Source: Candidatus Heimdallarchaeota archaeon
Lineage (GTDB): Archaea; Asgardarchaeota; Heimdallarchaeia; JABLTI01
Length of the DNA: 64,000 nucleotides
Direction of reading: 5' to 3'
NCBI GenBank assembly: GCA_018238155.1
Contig: JABCTZ010000036.1
Location: forward strand, 32,001-96,000
The position numbers and the translations under genes are program-made. Shown one piece after another: positions 10,201 through 19,440 of the stretch; the first letter of the stretch is position 1, and every line of letters starts with the position of its first letter. The notes beneath the pieces are model-generated. The model searched no databases, was not told where the DNA came from, and saw only the letters and a list, made by a program, of their open reading frames with translations.

Positions 10201-11262
10201 ATGCCTCAAACAGGTGGTGGTCGTGCTCCACCTCAATTTGGTCGCTTAACACCAGAAAAACTTATTGAAGCCGAAATTGTTTCTGGTACTCGTTCAGCTG
10301 AACAATATCAAGATATGACCAAGGGAATGAAATTCCCTAAAATTAAAAAAATGACCGAGCTTGCTATTGAATATGATAATATTCCTGCTCTAAAAGGCAT
10401 AGCTAAAAGCAATCAATTTGCTGTTGCTGAGGCACTACAATCAAACGAAGGTGTAAGAATGCTTGAAAGAAGAGCTGCAAGAGGCGAGGGTAGTGCACCC
10501 GAATTGTTCTTTATGTTGCGGAGCAATTTTGACCCACAATATCGAAAAATCTATCGAAGATTAGCAAGAAAATCAGTTTTGAAATCCTCTTACAGAGTTG
10601 TTGGTCGAGGACTGAAAGGTGAATTGCGTATTAAAACTGAATATGAACCTGGAATGACTGATTTTGACATGGATAATTTAATTGAGAAATTTCTGTTAAA
10701 TCGATATATTCAATATTCTGATATCGTTGCTATTGAACGAAGAAGCAGAGAAAATATTGGTGTGTTAATGTTTGATACTTCTGGTTCATTATATGGAGAA
10801 AAGTTTAGAAATGCCGCAATGGCAGTAGCTATACTCGCTTATCATTTAGCAAAAGAAAAATATGCCGTAATTCTTTTCAACACAAATGCAACAATAATAA
10901 AACATCTGGATGAAAAAGTAAAGATAGATGATTTAATCGATAGAGTACTCGAAAGTGAATCCGCAGGTTATACTAATCTCTCTGAAGCATTAAAAACTGG
11001 TTTAGGTGAATTGAATAAGGACAAACACACCGAGAAATTTGGTGTACTAATTACTGATGGATGCTTCAATAGAGGAGTTGACCCACGATCTTTTGCAAAA
11101 AGTTATTTCAACTTGCATGTTCTAGGTCTTCCAACAGAAAAAGCTTGGGGTGAAACCGTTTGTCGTGATTTAGCAAGAATTGGTAAAGGACGCTTTATGA
11201 GAGTAAGCAGTCTAAATCAAATACCAAGAATTCTAATGAAATTATTGCGAAAGAAAGGTTAA
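10201..11262 (+). CDS. von Willebrand factor A domain protein (MoxR partner, CoxE/ChlD-like)
   Basis: MIDAS DTSGS...GYTN...ITDG; ATG at 10201, frame open from 10144 and overlapping the MoxR 3' end. Confidence 0.88.
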   Translation: MPQTGGGRAPPQFGRLTPEKLIEAEIVSGTRSAEQYQDMTKGMKFPKIKKMTELAIEYDNIPALKGIAKSNQFAVAEALQSNEGVRMLERRAARGEGSAPELFFMLRSNFDPQYRKIYRRLARKSVLKSSYRVVGRGLKGELRIKTEYEPGMTDFDMDNLIEKFLLNRYIQYSDIVAIERRSRENIGVLMFDTSGSLYGEKFRNAAMAVAILAYHLAKEKYAVILFNTNATIIKHLDEKVKIDDLIDRVLESESAGYTNLSEALKTGLGELNKDKHTEKFGVLITDGCFNRGVDPRSFAKSYFNLHVLGLPTEKAWGETVCRDLARIGKGRFMRVSSLNQIPRILMKLLRKKG

Positions 11263-11345
11263 CCTAGTTTAAATAGGAATGACTTTCTCATTTACACTTG
11301 AAGTTTGTTTTTTTTTAAAATAAAAAAAAAGAAGATATTGCTGAA

Positions 11346-11651
11346 TCAAAGATTGAACATTTTGCTTAAATCTTCACTTTCTTCTTCTTTTTGTGGTTTT
11401 TTCTTTCTGGTGTAAGCAGATATTAACTCAGGATGGTTGTGTTGAACGTGTTGTCTCCAATTTTTTACCATCACACCACAATAACCACAAATACTTAACG
11501 CCTCTTTTTCCTCTCTTTTCTTTAGATATTCGGCATATTTTGGATGTTTTCTTTTCATATGTTCTTCTACGTCATCGACCAAGCATTGACAAATTTTGCA
11601 AAATTTAAGTCCTTGCCTTTTATTTTGAATAATGGATGATTTAGCACACAA
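11346..11651 (-). CDS. Small protein with two C2H2-type zinc fingers
   Basis: CKIC-x8-HMKRKH and CGYC-x8-HVQHNH; GAGGA upstream of TTG. Confidence 0.72.
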   Translation of the reverse strand: MCAKSSIIQNKRQGLKFCKICQCLVDDVEEHMKRKHPKYAEYLKKREEKEALSICGYCGVMVKNWRQHVQHNHPELISAYTRKKKPQKEEESEDLSKMFNL

Positions 11652-12053
11652 TTTGAGGTTCCTCGGCGTGTTTTTTTTTTAAAAGCTCATTATTTCTATA
11701 TCAAGAATTATCAATCAAGATACAATATATTAAATTCTTATCACTTCGTATAAAAGTATTACTCGTGTTGCTTTTTTTCGAAAAAGGAGCAGTAACAAAG
11801 AGCTAATTTGAATATTTTTGTCGACATATTGTCTAAAAAGAAATAATTGCACTATCTAAATAGTGTTTTTTTCAGTTGAAAATTAACATAAATTTCGAGC
11901 GTTTTAAGGCTTTTTTTTGTCCGTAGAAAGCAAATTTTAGAAAATATTAAAGAAACATCATTTCTATTTTTTACATAGTTCTTTAGAAAAAAAAATAAAG
12001 TAGTACATATATTGTATTCAATGCTATATATCTAGGAGCAAAGAGATCCGATT

Positions 12054-12947
12054 ATGACAACACGTATTGCTTGGGCAATTACAGGCGCAGGTTGCTGGTT
12101 AACAGAAAGTTTTGCCGTTCTAGGAAAGTTATTGAAAAAGGACGGGATTAAAATTGATTTATTCTTCAGTAAAGCTGGTAGAGAGGTTGCACAATGTTAT
12201 GGTGTGTTTGAGTCTCCAGTACCAATGAAAACACCATTTATTGACAAAATTCGTGAAATACCGAATTTTAATGAGGATATCTTTATGCCTAATTTTGTTG
12301 AAAAATTTCAATGGTTAGGTGCAAAGGATACTCGAGATCTTAAGAAAACTATGATAACGAAATCTCTAGAAGAAGAATTTGATTTTGAAGAAGCTTTTCG
12401 TGATGTTGTTTTTGAAATAGATGAAGGATCTAGTTTTCCAACAGCAGCAACAGCTTCTAATAATCGGTATGATGTAATAGTTATTTCCCCTGCAACAGGC
12501 AACACTGTGGCAAAAATTTCTCAAGGTATAGCGGATAATTTAGTTACAAATTTAGCTATAATGGGTAGTAAAAGTGAAAATACACCTGTAATTATCATTC
12601 CAACTGATTTCAAAGAAGGAATTTCAAAAAGCTATTTACCAATAATGCTTCATTCCGATACATGCAAAAAATGCTCGGAATGTTCTTCTCTTTGGGCTTG
12701 TAAACCAGGAGCTATCCGAAGAAAAAGGGGAAAAGTACAAATTCATCGTTTGAAATGTACCGGTTGTTTGGATTGTGTACGATATTGTCGACATGGTATC
12801 ATTACTTTTCTTGAAGAAATTGAAGTACATGTAAGGTCACGTGAGGTAGACGCAACAAACTTGCTCAAAAGCCAACGTGGTTTTAAAGTCTTGGGAACAC
12901 CAGAAGACGCTTACAATTATATCAGTAAGATGCTGAAAAAGAGCTAG
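12054..12947 (+). CDS. Archaeal flavoprotein with ferredoxin insert (AfpA/dihydromethanopterin reductase DmrX-like)
   Basis: IAWAITGAG, SPATGNTVAKISQGIADNLVTN flavoprotein motifs; CKKCSEC...C and CTGCLDCVRYC Fe-S motifs. Confidence 0.82.
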   Translation: MTTRIAWAITGAGCWLTESFAVLGKLLKKDGIKIDLFFSKAGREVAQCYGVFESPVPMKTPFIDKIREIPNFNEDIFMPNFVEKFQWLGAKDTRDLKKTMITKSLEEEFDFEEAFRDVVFEIDEGSSFPTAATASNNRYDVIVISPATGNTVAKISQGIADNLVTNLAIMGSKSENTPVIIIPTDFKEGISKSYLPIMLHSDTCKKCSECSSLWACKPGAIRRKRGKVQIHRLKCTGCLDCVRYCRHGIITFLEEIEVHVRSREVDATNLLKSQRGFKVLGTPEDAYNYISKMLKKS

Positions 12948-13000
12948 CTTTTAGCAAACTCTCTTAATATGAGAGTTAAATTACTTTATCTTGGAGCTGA

Positions 13001-14617
13001 GTGTTTATGTTAAATTCAAAAAGAAAAAAAAACAATAAAATTCTTGCTTTAACTGGACGTTCTGCAGAAAAAATAGTCAGAAGTATCGTTCCATCAAATG
13101 TAACTGTTAAAGTATTGCCGATAGATGTTGCTGCTTTTATTAATAAGGATTTAATACTAAAAAATTTAACAAAAGAAGAAGCGCAAAAATATGATTTAAT
13201 TTTAACACCGGGTTTTGTTCAAGGAGATCTAGCTTCTTTACATACTTTACTTGGAGTGTCTGTTGTAAAAGGTCCAAGATATGCAAGTGATATCAAATTG
13301 GCAGTTACTGAACTGGATTTTGATGAGTTTTCCTCAAAATATTCCGCAGATAGATTTCTCAAAAAGAAAAAATATTCTCAAACCCGTCAAATTCTAAATG
13401 ATGGATTTAATAGACCGGTAAATGAAAAAATAGGTGAATTTATTCTCGGAGTTGGGAATACTTTTCCTATTGGGATAAATCGTCCACCTATTGTTATGAG
13501 TGAAATTATTGATGCACCAAAATTGACTATGGAGGAAGTGCTAACAAGAGCACAATTCTTCATCAATAGCGGAGCCAATGTGATTGATATTGGTGCAATA
13601 GCAAAAAACCCACAACCAGCAAAAATCAAAACGATAATTACTGAGCTCCAAAAATTGAAAAAAAGCAACAATATTATTTTGAGTATTGATACACTAAATG
13701 AAGAAGAAATTTTAGCCGCTGTTGATGCAAAAATAGATTTAATCTTAAGTATAGATCACGGAAATGTTAATCAGCTAATTGATAAAATACCTAAAGAAAC
13801 TGGGATTGTTTTTTTACCTACAAATGTAAAGGAAGGTTTCATGCCTAAAACATCTGAAGATCGAGTAAAATCTTTGATCAAGTTAAGGGATAAATTACGA
13901 GCTGCAGGTTATACAAAACTTTTCGCTGATCCAATAATTGAAATGCCAATATATCCCGGTTTTGCATCTTCTTTAGAAAGTTATATTCAATACAGAAAAA
14001 TAGATTCAACAACACCTATGATGACTTGTATAGGAAATGTTACTGAATTTATTGAAGCTGATCCCGTAGGAATAAATACTCTATTTGGATGTTTAGCAGT
14101 AGAATTAGGCATTCAATTGCTTCTAATGACTGACTTTAGTGTAAAATGTCGTGGAGGAACAAAAGAGATTGTGAAAGCAAGAGATTTAGCTTTTGCAGCT
14201 AAGAAGAGAAATTCTCCACCTATAGGTCATGGCGTTAACATACTCTTAGCAAAGAGTAGAACTGATTTTGAAATTGAGATACCTATAAACAAAGATTTGG
14301 AAATTATTGATCTAACAAGTGATGATGGAGCATTATATACAATGCATTATGACTTGGACCCAAAAGGTAGTTTTACAATTTGGATCAATAACCAAAAACA
14401 GAAGATATATGTTTCTCATTTAGATATTTCTTGTAAGAAACCTGATTTATTGTTAATATCTTCAGAAGCGAGAATGCTTTTTGAAGAAATTACTAAAAGA
14501 GGATTATTATCAAAAATGGATCATGCATTTTACCTTGGAAGAGAATTAGAACGAGCAGAAATCTGCCTCTATTTAGGGAAAACATACATCCAAAACGAAC
14601 AGGCATTTAAAGACTAA
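13001..14617 (+). CDS. Dihydropteroate synthase-like pterin-binding protein (archaeal type, DUF4346-like C-terminus)
   Basis: EIIDAP, GANVIDIG, SIDT, ADPI, GNVTE, DPKGSF, HAFYLGRELERAE. Confidence 0.85.
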   Translation: MFMLNSKRKKNNKILALTGRSAEKIVRSIVPSNVTVKVLPIDVAAFINKDLILKNLTKEEAQKYDLILTPGFVQGDLASLHTLLGVSVVKGPRYASDIKLAVTELDFDEFSSKYSADRFLKKKKYSQTRQILNDGFNRPVNEKIGEFILGVGNTFPIGINRPPIVMSEIIDAPKLTMEEVLTRAQFFINSGANVIDIGAIAKNPQPAKIKTIITELQKLKKSNNIILSIDTLNEEEILAAVDAKIDLILSIDHGNVNQLIDKIPKETGIVFLPTNVKEGFMPKTSEDRVKSLIKLRDKLRAAGYTKLFADPIIEMPIYPGFASSLESYIQYRKIDSTTPMMTCIGNVTEFIEADPVGINTLFGCLAVELGIQLLLMTDFSVKCRGGTKEIVKARDLAFAAKKRNSPPIGHGVNILLAKSRTDFEIEIPINKDLEIIDLTSDDGALYTMHYDLDPKGSFTIWINNQKQKIYVSHLDISCKKPDLLLISSEARMLFEEITKRGLLSKMDHAFYLGRELERAEICLYLGKTYIQNEQAFKD

Positions 14618-14743
14618 AAGTATTACAAATATGGGTTATTAAACGGAGGGCAAATTTTTCAAAATATGAGCAATTCTTAATAAGCTGATGTTCAATTGAT
14701 TAAGCGGTTAGGAAAGAAAACCAGAAATTAGAGGTTATTTAGA

Positions 14744-15139
14744 ATGAAGTTAGATGAGAATGCAAAATATGCTCAATCACATGAGTGGATTAGAAAAGAA
14801 AGCGATGATGTTTTCGTAGTAGGCATTTCTGATTTTGCTCAAAGCTCAATGAAAGATATCGTATTTGTTGAATTGCCATCAGAAGGAACAACTTTTAAGA
14901 AAGGCGATAAAGCTTGTGACCTTGAGTCTGTGAAATCGGTAGAAGAAATAAAATCTCCAATTGCTGGAGAAGTGACCGCTGTAAATAGTACTCTAGAAGA
15001 TTCTGCTGAGCCAATTAATGATGATCCTTATGGTGAGGGTTGGTTCTTTAAAATAAAAGCATCAAACCCAGCTGAATTTGATGAATTATTATCTCCGGAA
15101 GATTATCGGAAATTCGTTGATTCATTAGGTAAAAAATAA
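14744..15139 (+). CDS. gcvH: Glycine cleavage system H protein
   Basis: HEW, GISDFAQ, lipoyl-Lys ESVKS, INDDPYGEGW. Confidence 0.96.
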   Translation: MKLDENAKYAQSHEWIRKESDDVFVVGISDFAQSSMKDIVFVELPSEGTTFKKGDKACDLESVKSVEEIKSPIAGEVTAVNSTLEDSAEPINDDPYGEGWFFKIKASNPAEFDELLSPEDYRKFVDSLGKK

Positions 15140-15147
15140 TAATTATT

Positions 15148-16548
15148 ATGGAGTCTGATCTTTTCATGAGCGAAAAAAATGAAGGGTCAGCTAACGAGAA
15201 ACAAAAACAAATGGAATCGTACCTTGGTATCAAGGATATTGCCGAACTATACAAGGACATTCCATCTTCAGTTCTTTTCAAACGTCCTTTAGAAATTGCC
15301 GGACCAATGTCTGAACGTGACTTGTCAATTTATATTGACAATGTTCTAACAATGAACAAAAAAGTTATTCCATTTTTGGGCGGAGGTGCACAAAACCACT
15401 TCATCCCTGCTTTAGTTCAAGAAGTAATAAGCAAACCAGAGCTTCAAAATGCTTACACTCCTTATCAACCTGAAGTATCACAAGGAATGCTACAAGGTAT
15501 TTTTGAATATCAAAGTTTGGTTAGTGAATTAACAAATCTTAACGTTACTAATGCATCAATGTACGATTGGGCTACTGCTATTGCAGAAGCATTACTAATG
15601 TCAGTTAGATTGTTAAAAAAGAGAAAAAAAGTACTAATCACTGCGAGTGTTCATCCTGATAGATTATCTGTCATTAAAAATTATCTAGATGGACCAAAAA
15701 TCACCTATGAGTTTGTTCAGATAAATGAAAAGACTGGTCAAGTAGATTTAGCTGACCTCAAAGAAAAATTAACAGAAGATGTTGCTGCCTTTTATTTTGA
15801 AAATCCAAACTGTTTTGGAGTAATTGAAAGTAAGGCTGAAGAAATTTGTAATATGATTCATGCTGTCGATGCAATAGCAATTGCTGGAGTAGATCCAATT
15901 TCATTGGGCATTTTGAAACCTCCTGGAGATTACGGTGTTGATATCGCTGTAGGAGAAGGGCAAGGTTTAGGTATTCCTGTGAGCTTCGGTGGACCTCATT
16001 TTGGTTTCTTCTCAATCAATTATGATAGGAAAACCATTAGACAAATGCCTGGAAGATTGGTCGGAATGACTAAAACCCAAGATGGTACTCAAAGGGCTTT
16101 TGTTCTAACACTTTCAACTCGAGAACAACACATCAGAAGGGAAAAAGCAACAAGTAATATTTGTACAAATCAATCAATTCTAGCATTTGGTGCAGGAGTG
16201 TATCTTTCACTTCTAGGTCCAGAAGGAATAAAATGTACAGCAGAATATTGCTTGACTGCAGCAAAATATCTCTCGAGCAAAATAAACGAACTCAAGAATT
16301 TTGAATCACCTATCTTTACAGGATCACATTATAATGAATTCACCGTGAGATTAAAGAAAGGAAAGATGGCTGAAGTGCAGAAAATGCTCGTAGACAAAGG
16401 TTTTGTTGGAGGATTTTCGTTAGTTGAATGCCACCCAGAATTCGGAGAGACAGCAACCTATTGTGTAACAGAAATGCACACAATGGATGATATTAACAAT
16501 CTTTTAGCAGTACTAGAAGAAATTGACAAGAAACTCGGAGGAAAATAA
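15148..16548 (+). CDS. gcvPA: Glycine dehydrogenase (decarboxylating) subunit 1
   Basis: YTPYQPEVSQG, NASMYD, FGGP, REQHIRREKATSNICTNQ; true start may be ATG 15166. Confidence 0.96.
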   Translation: MESDLFMSEKNEGSANEKQKQMESYLGIKDIAELYKDIPSSVLFKRPLEIAGPMSERDLSIYIDNVLTMNKKVIPFLGGGAQNHFIPALVQEVISKPELQNAYTPYQPEVSQGMLQGIFEYQSLVSELTNLNVTNASMYDWATAIAEALLMSVRLLKKRKKVLITASVHPDRLSVIKNYLDGPKITYEFVQINEKTGQVDLADLKEKLTEDVAAFYFENPNCFGVIESKAEEICNMIHAVDAIAIAGVDPISLGILKPPGDYGVDIAVGEGQGLGIPVSFGGPHFGFFSINYDRKTIRQMPGRLVGMTKTQDGTQRAFVLTLSTREQHIRREKATSNICTNQSILAFGAGVYLSLLGPEGIKCTAEYCLTAAKYLSSKINELKNFESPIFTGSHYNEFTVRLKKGKMAEVQKMLVDKGFVGGFSLVECHPEFGETATYCVTEMHTMDDINNLLAVLEEIDKKLGGK

Positions 16549-16549
16549 T

Positions 16550-18076
16550 ATGGCCAAACAAGCGAAATACGATGAACCTCTAGTTTTTGAGATAGAGACA
16601 ACGAAATATGCAAAATATCATCCTCCCAAAATACCTGTTGAAATAACAAAAACAGTTGGAAATGTTTCAGAATTAATTCCCAAAGAAATGCAAAGAGAAG
16701 CATTACCCAATCTACCGAGTTTGGCAGAGTTTCAACTCTCAAGACATTATACACACCTTGCACAAATGACTTTTTCAGTAGATAGTGGATTCTATCCACT
16801 AGGCAGTTGTACAATGAAATATAATCCAAAAATAAATGATGTTATTTCTTGTGATAAGCGCATCGCTGAATCACATCCTTATCAACCTGATGAAACTGTT
16901 CAAGGAAATATCCGTATTCTTTGTGAAACAGATCAGATGCTCTCTGAATTAGCTGGTATGGTTAGAACAACTCTTCAACCTTCTGCAGGAGCACATGGTG
17001 AATTAACAGGAATACTGGTTATTCGTGCTTATCATGAAGATCATGGTGAAGGAGAGCAAAGAACTGAAGTAATAGTTCCAGATTCTGCTCATGGTACAAA
17101 TCCAGCTACAGCAGCAATGGCAGGGTATCGAACTGTAGTCATCCAATCAAAAGAAAATGGCTTGGTTGACCTTGAAGCATTAAAAAGTGCTGTCAGTGAA
17201 AAAACTGCCGCGCTAATGCTTACAAATCCAAACACTCTAGGGTTATTCGAAGAAGAAATTCTTGAAATTGCTAAAGTAGTTCATGATGTTGGTGGATTGC
17301 TCTATTATGATGGTGCAAATTTCAATGCAATAATGGGTATTTGTAGACCTGGTGATATGGGTTTTGATGTTATTCATTTTAATGTTCATAAAACCCTGTC
17401 AACCCCTCACGGCGGAGGAGGACCAGGTTCGGGTCCAGTTGGTGTTGTTGAGAAATTGGTTCCATATTTACCTAAACCAATGCCTGAATATGATACGAAA
17501 AATAACCACTATTACTTAAATCATGACTTGCCAAAATCGATTGGAAAGATTCGTGGATTCTGGGGTAATTTCAGTGTTCTTGTTAGAGCTTATGTCTATA
17601 TGCTGTCCTTAGGCGGAAATGGTTTGAAAATAGCTTCAGAACAAGCTGTTTTAAATGCAAATTATTTGAAAAAGAAAATTCTAGTGCTAAAAGGATGGAC
17701 TCTACCATTCTCTACAGAAACTCCAAGAAAACATGAATTTGTTTTAAGTGGAGAAGATTTGCATAACGAAACAGGTATAAGCACTTTAGATGTTGCCAAA
17801 AGATTACTTGATTTGGGTTATCATGCACCAACAGTCTATTTTCCATTAATTGTTCATGAAGCTTTGATGATAGAACCTACTGAAACAGAATCTAAAGAAA
17901 CTCTTGATGAATTTACAGAAGCAATGAAACAAATTCTCACAGAAGCACGCGAAAATCCTGAAATAATTAAAAATGCTCCTCAGTTAACACCTATCTCTCG
18001 AGTGGATGAAGTATTAGCTGCAAAAGAGCCGATTCTTACATGGCAAATGTTCAAAGAAAAACAAATGGAGAAGTAA
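16550..18076 (+). CDS. gcvPB: Glycine dehydrogenase (decarboxylating) subunit 2
   Basis: PLGSCTMKYNP, SAHGTNPA, PLP-Lys HKTLSTPHGGGGPG, IEPTETES; GGAGG before ATG 16550. Confidence 0.96.
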   Translation: MAKQAKYDEPLVFEIETTKYAKYHPPKIPVEITKTVGNVSELIPKEMQREALPNLPSLAEFQLSRHYTHLAQMTFSVDSGFYPLGSCTMKYNPKINDVISCDKRIAESHPYQPDETVQGNIRILCETDQMLSELAGMVRTTLQPSAGAHGELTGILVIRAYHEDHGEGEQRTEVIVPDSAHGTNPATAAMAGYRTVVIQSKENGLVDLEALKSAVSEKTAALMLTNPNTLGLFEEEILEIAKVVHDVGGLLYYDGANFNAIMGICRPGDMGFDVIHFNVHKTLSTPHGGGGPGSGPVGVVEKLVPYLPKPMPEYDTKNNHYYLNHDLPKSIGKIRGFWGNFSVLVRAYVYMLSLGGNGLKIASEQAVLNANYLKKKILVLKGWTLPFSTETPRKHEFVLSGEDLHNETGISTLDVAKRLLDLGYHAPTVYFPLIVHEALMIEPTETESKETLDEFTEAMKQILTEARENPEIIKNAPQLTPISRVDEVLAAKEPILTWQMFKEKQMEK

Positions 18077-18102
18077 AAGACTTCTCACTAACTCTTTTTT
18101 TT
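18068..18102 (+). terminator. Hairpin plus T-tract after gcvPB
   Basis: gagaagt/acttctc stem (18068-18086) followed by a T run; convergent gene boundary. Confidence 0.45.
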
Positions 18103-19264
18103 ACTTTTCGATTCTCATTAAGATATCTTCATGATAGCTCGTTACTACTCTAATAAATCCATGAAGTTCTTTATCTAATTCAATATCTCCCGTATCCACT
18201 CGAAGACGTTCTGTCTTTTCAAGTTTAGAAACTGTAGCAATTAGAATAATATTCTTTTTTCCAATCTTTCTAATAACTGCCGGAGAAAATTGTTGATTTC
18301 CACGTCCAAAAATAAAACCTTGATTACCAATAACTGTGATAATTATTTTTGAATTTGAATACTGTTTCAGTAAATCCAATAATTGCTTTTCATTTAGATC
18401 CATTGCAATTAGTTTTCTATTAAAGATTGCATCAATTCCTAGGAGAGTTTTTTCTAATTTAAGATAATCAGCTACAACTTTGCATGTTGTTCCTGATCCC
18501 AATAGATAGAGAGTATCTCTATCCATATCATCTGATACTCTTTCAGCAATAACTCTTTGATCATGCTTTTCATCAAAGGTGGATGCAGAAGCCATTTTTC
18601 CTCCCTGAAAAGAAGCTGTAAGATAAGGTATCTTTACCATGCCTTTCAACTCCGCGCTTACTCTACCTGCTCGGAATGCTTCTTCATCAATGTCCATTAC
18701 TTCCATCTCTGTTAGATTTAATTGTCCACTATGAAATTGTTTGAAAATTTCACCTGCAATTTCCGGGCTTAAAGCAAAACAGGCACTGTGCATTTTAACT
18801 CCACTTGGTACTGCTAATACCGGAATTTTATCTTCTATTGCTTCAAAAACATCACATGCAGTTCCGTCTCCACCAATGAAGATCAATAGATCAGCATTTT
18901 TTTCAAGAATGAGTCTAGCTGCTTTTTTAGTGTCTTCTCGAGATGGTTTTTTATTGCTAGTTTTTCCAATAATTGAATAATTAAATCCCATTTCTGCTAG
19001 AACAGCTTCGCCCATTTCATCATTAAAACAAAGAAAGGATGTGGTATCTTTCAAATTTCCAATTGATTTAAGAAACCGCATTGCACGCTCATTTGATACT
19101 TTCTTACCTTCCCCGTCCTCAATTTTTGCCCAAATAGCTTCTACATCATCGCTACCTTTGAAGCCTATTCGACCACCAACTCCTGCAATTGGATTGATAA
19201 TTAATCCGACCAATAAATTCTCTCTCTCAGGAGCTGCTGTTGTACTAATATTTGTTGGATTCAT
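18101..19264 (-). CDS. ATP-NAD kinase family protein (AcoX-like)
   Basis: INPIAGVGG...KGSD, GGDGT, PSGVKMHS, GRGNQQ, VDTGD. Confidence 0.85.
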   Translation of the reverse strand: MNPTNISTTAAPERENLLVGLIINPIAGVGGRIGFKGSDDVEAIWAKIEDGEGKKVSNERAMRFLKSIGNLKDTTSFLCFNDEMGEAVLAEMGFNYSIIGKTSNKKPSREDTKKAARLILEKNADLLIFIGGDGTACDVFEAIEDKIPVLAVPSGVKMHSACFALSPEIAGEIFKQFHSGQLNLTEMEVMDIDEEAFRAGRVSAELKGMVKIPYLTASFQGGKMASASTFDEKHDQRVIAERVSDDMDRDTLYLLGSGTTCKVVADYLKLEKTLLGIDAIFNRKLIAMDLNEKQLLDLLKQYSNSKIIITVIGNQGFIFGRGNQQFSPAVIRKIGKKNIILIATVSKLEKTERLRVDTGDIELDKELHGFIRVVTSYHEDILMRIEK

Positions 19265-19440
19265 TGATTTCTCACTTTCACTCAGTAATGTCTTTCTTTC
19301 TTCAATTAATTGTTAGGGATAGAAAATAATCTATCAATTATATTTGCTTCTACATTTTCTTTATAATATATAAGTAAAGAAGTACAAATATAACACGAAA
19401 AAGTAATAAAACTCAATAACAATCTCTTATTGAAATATAG

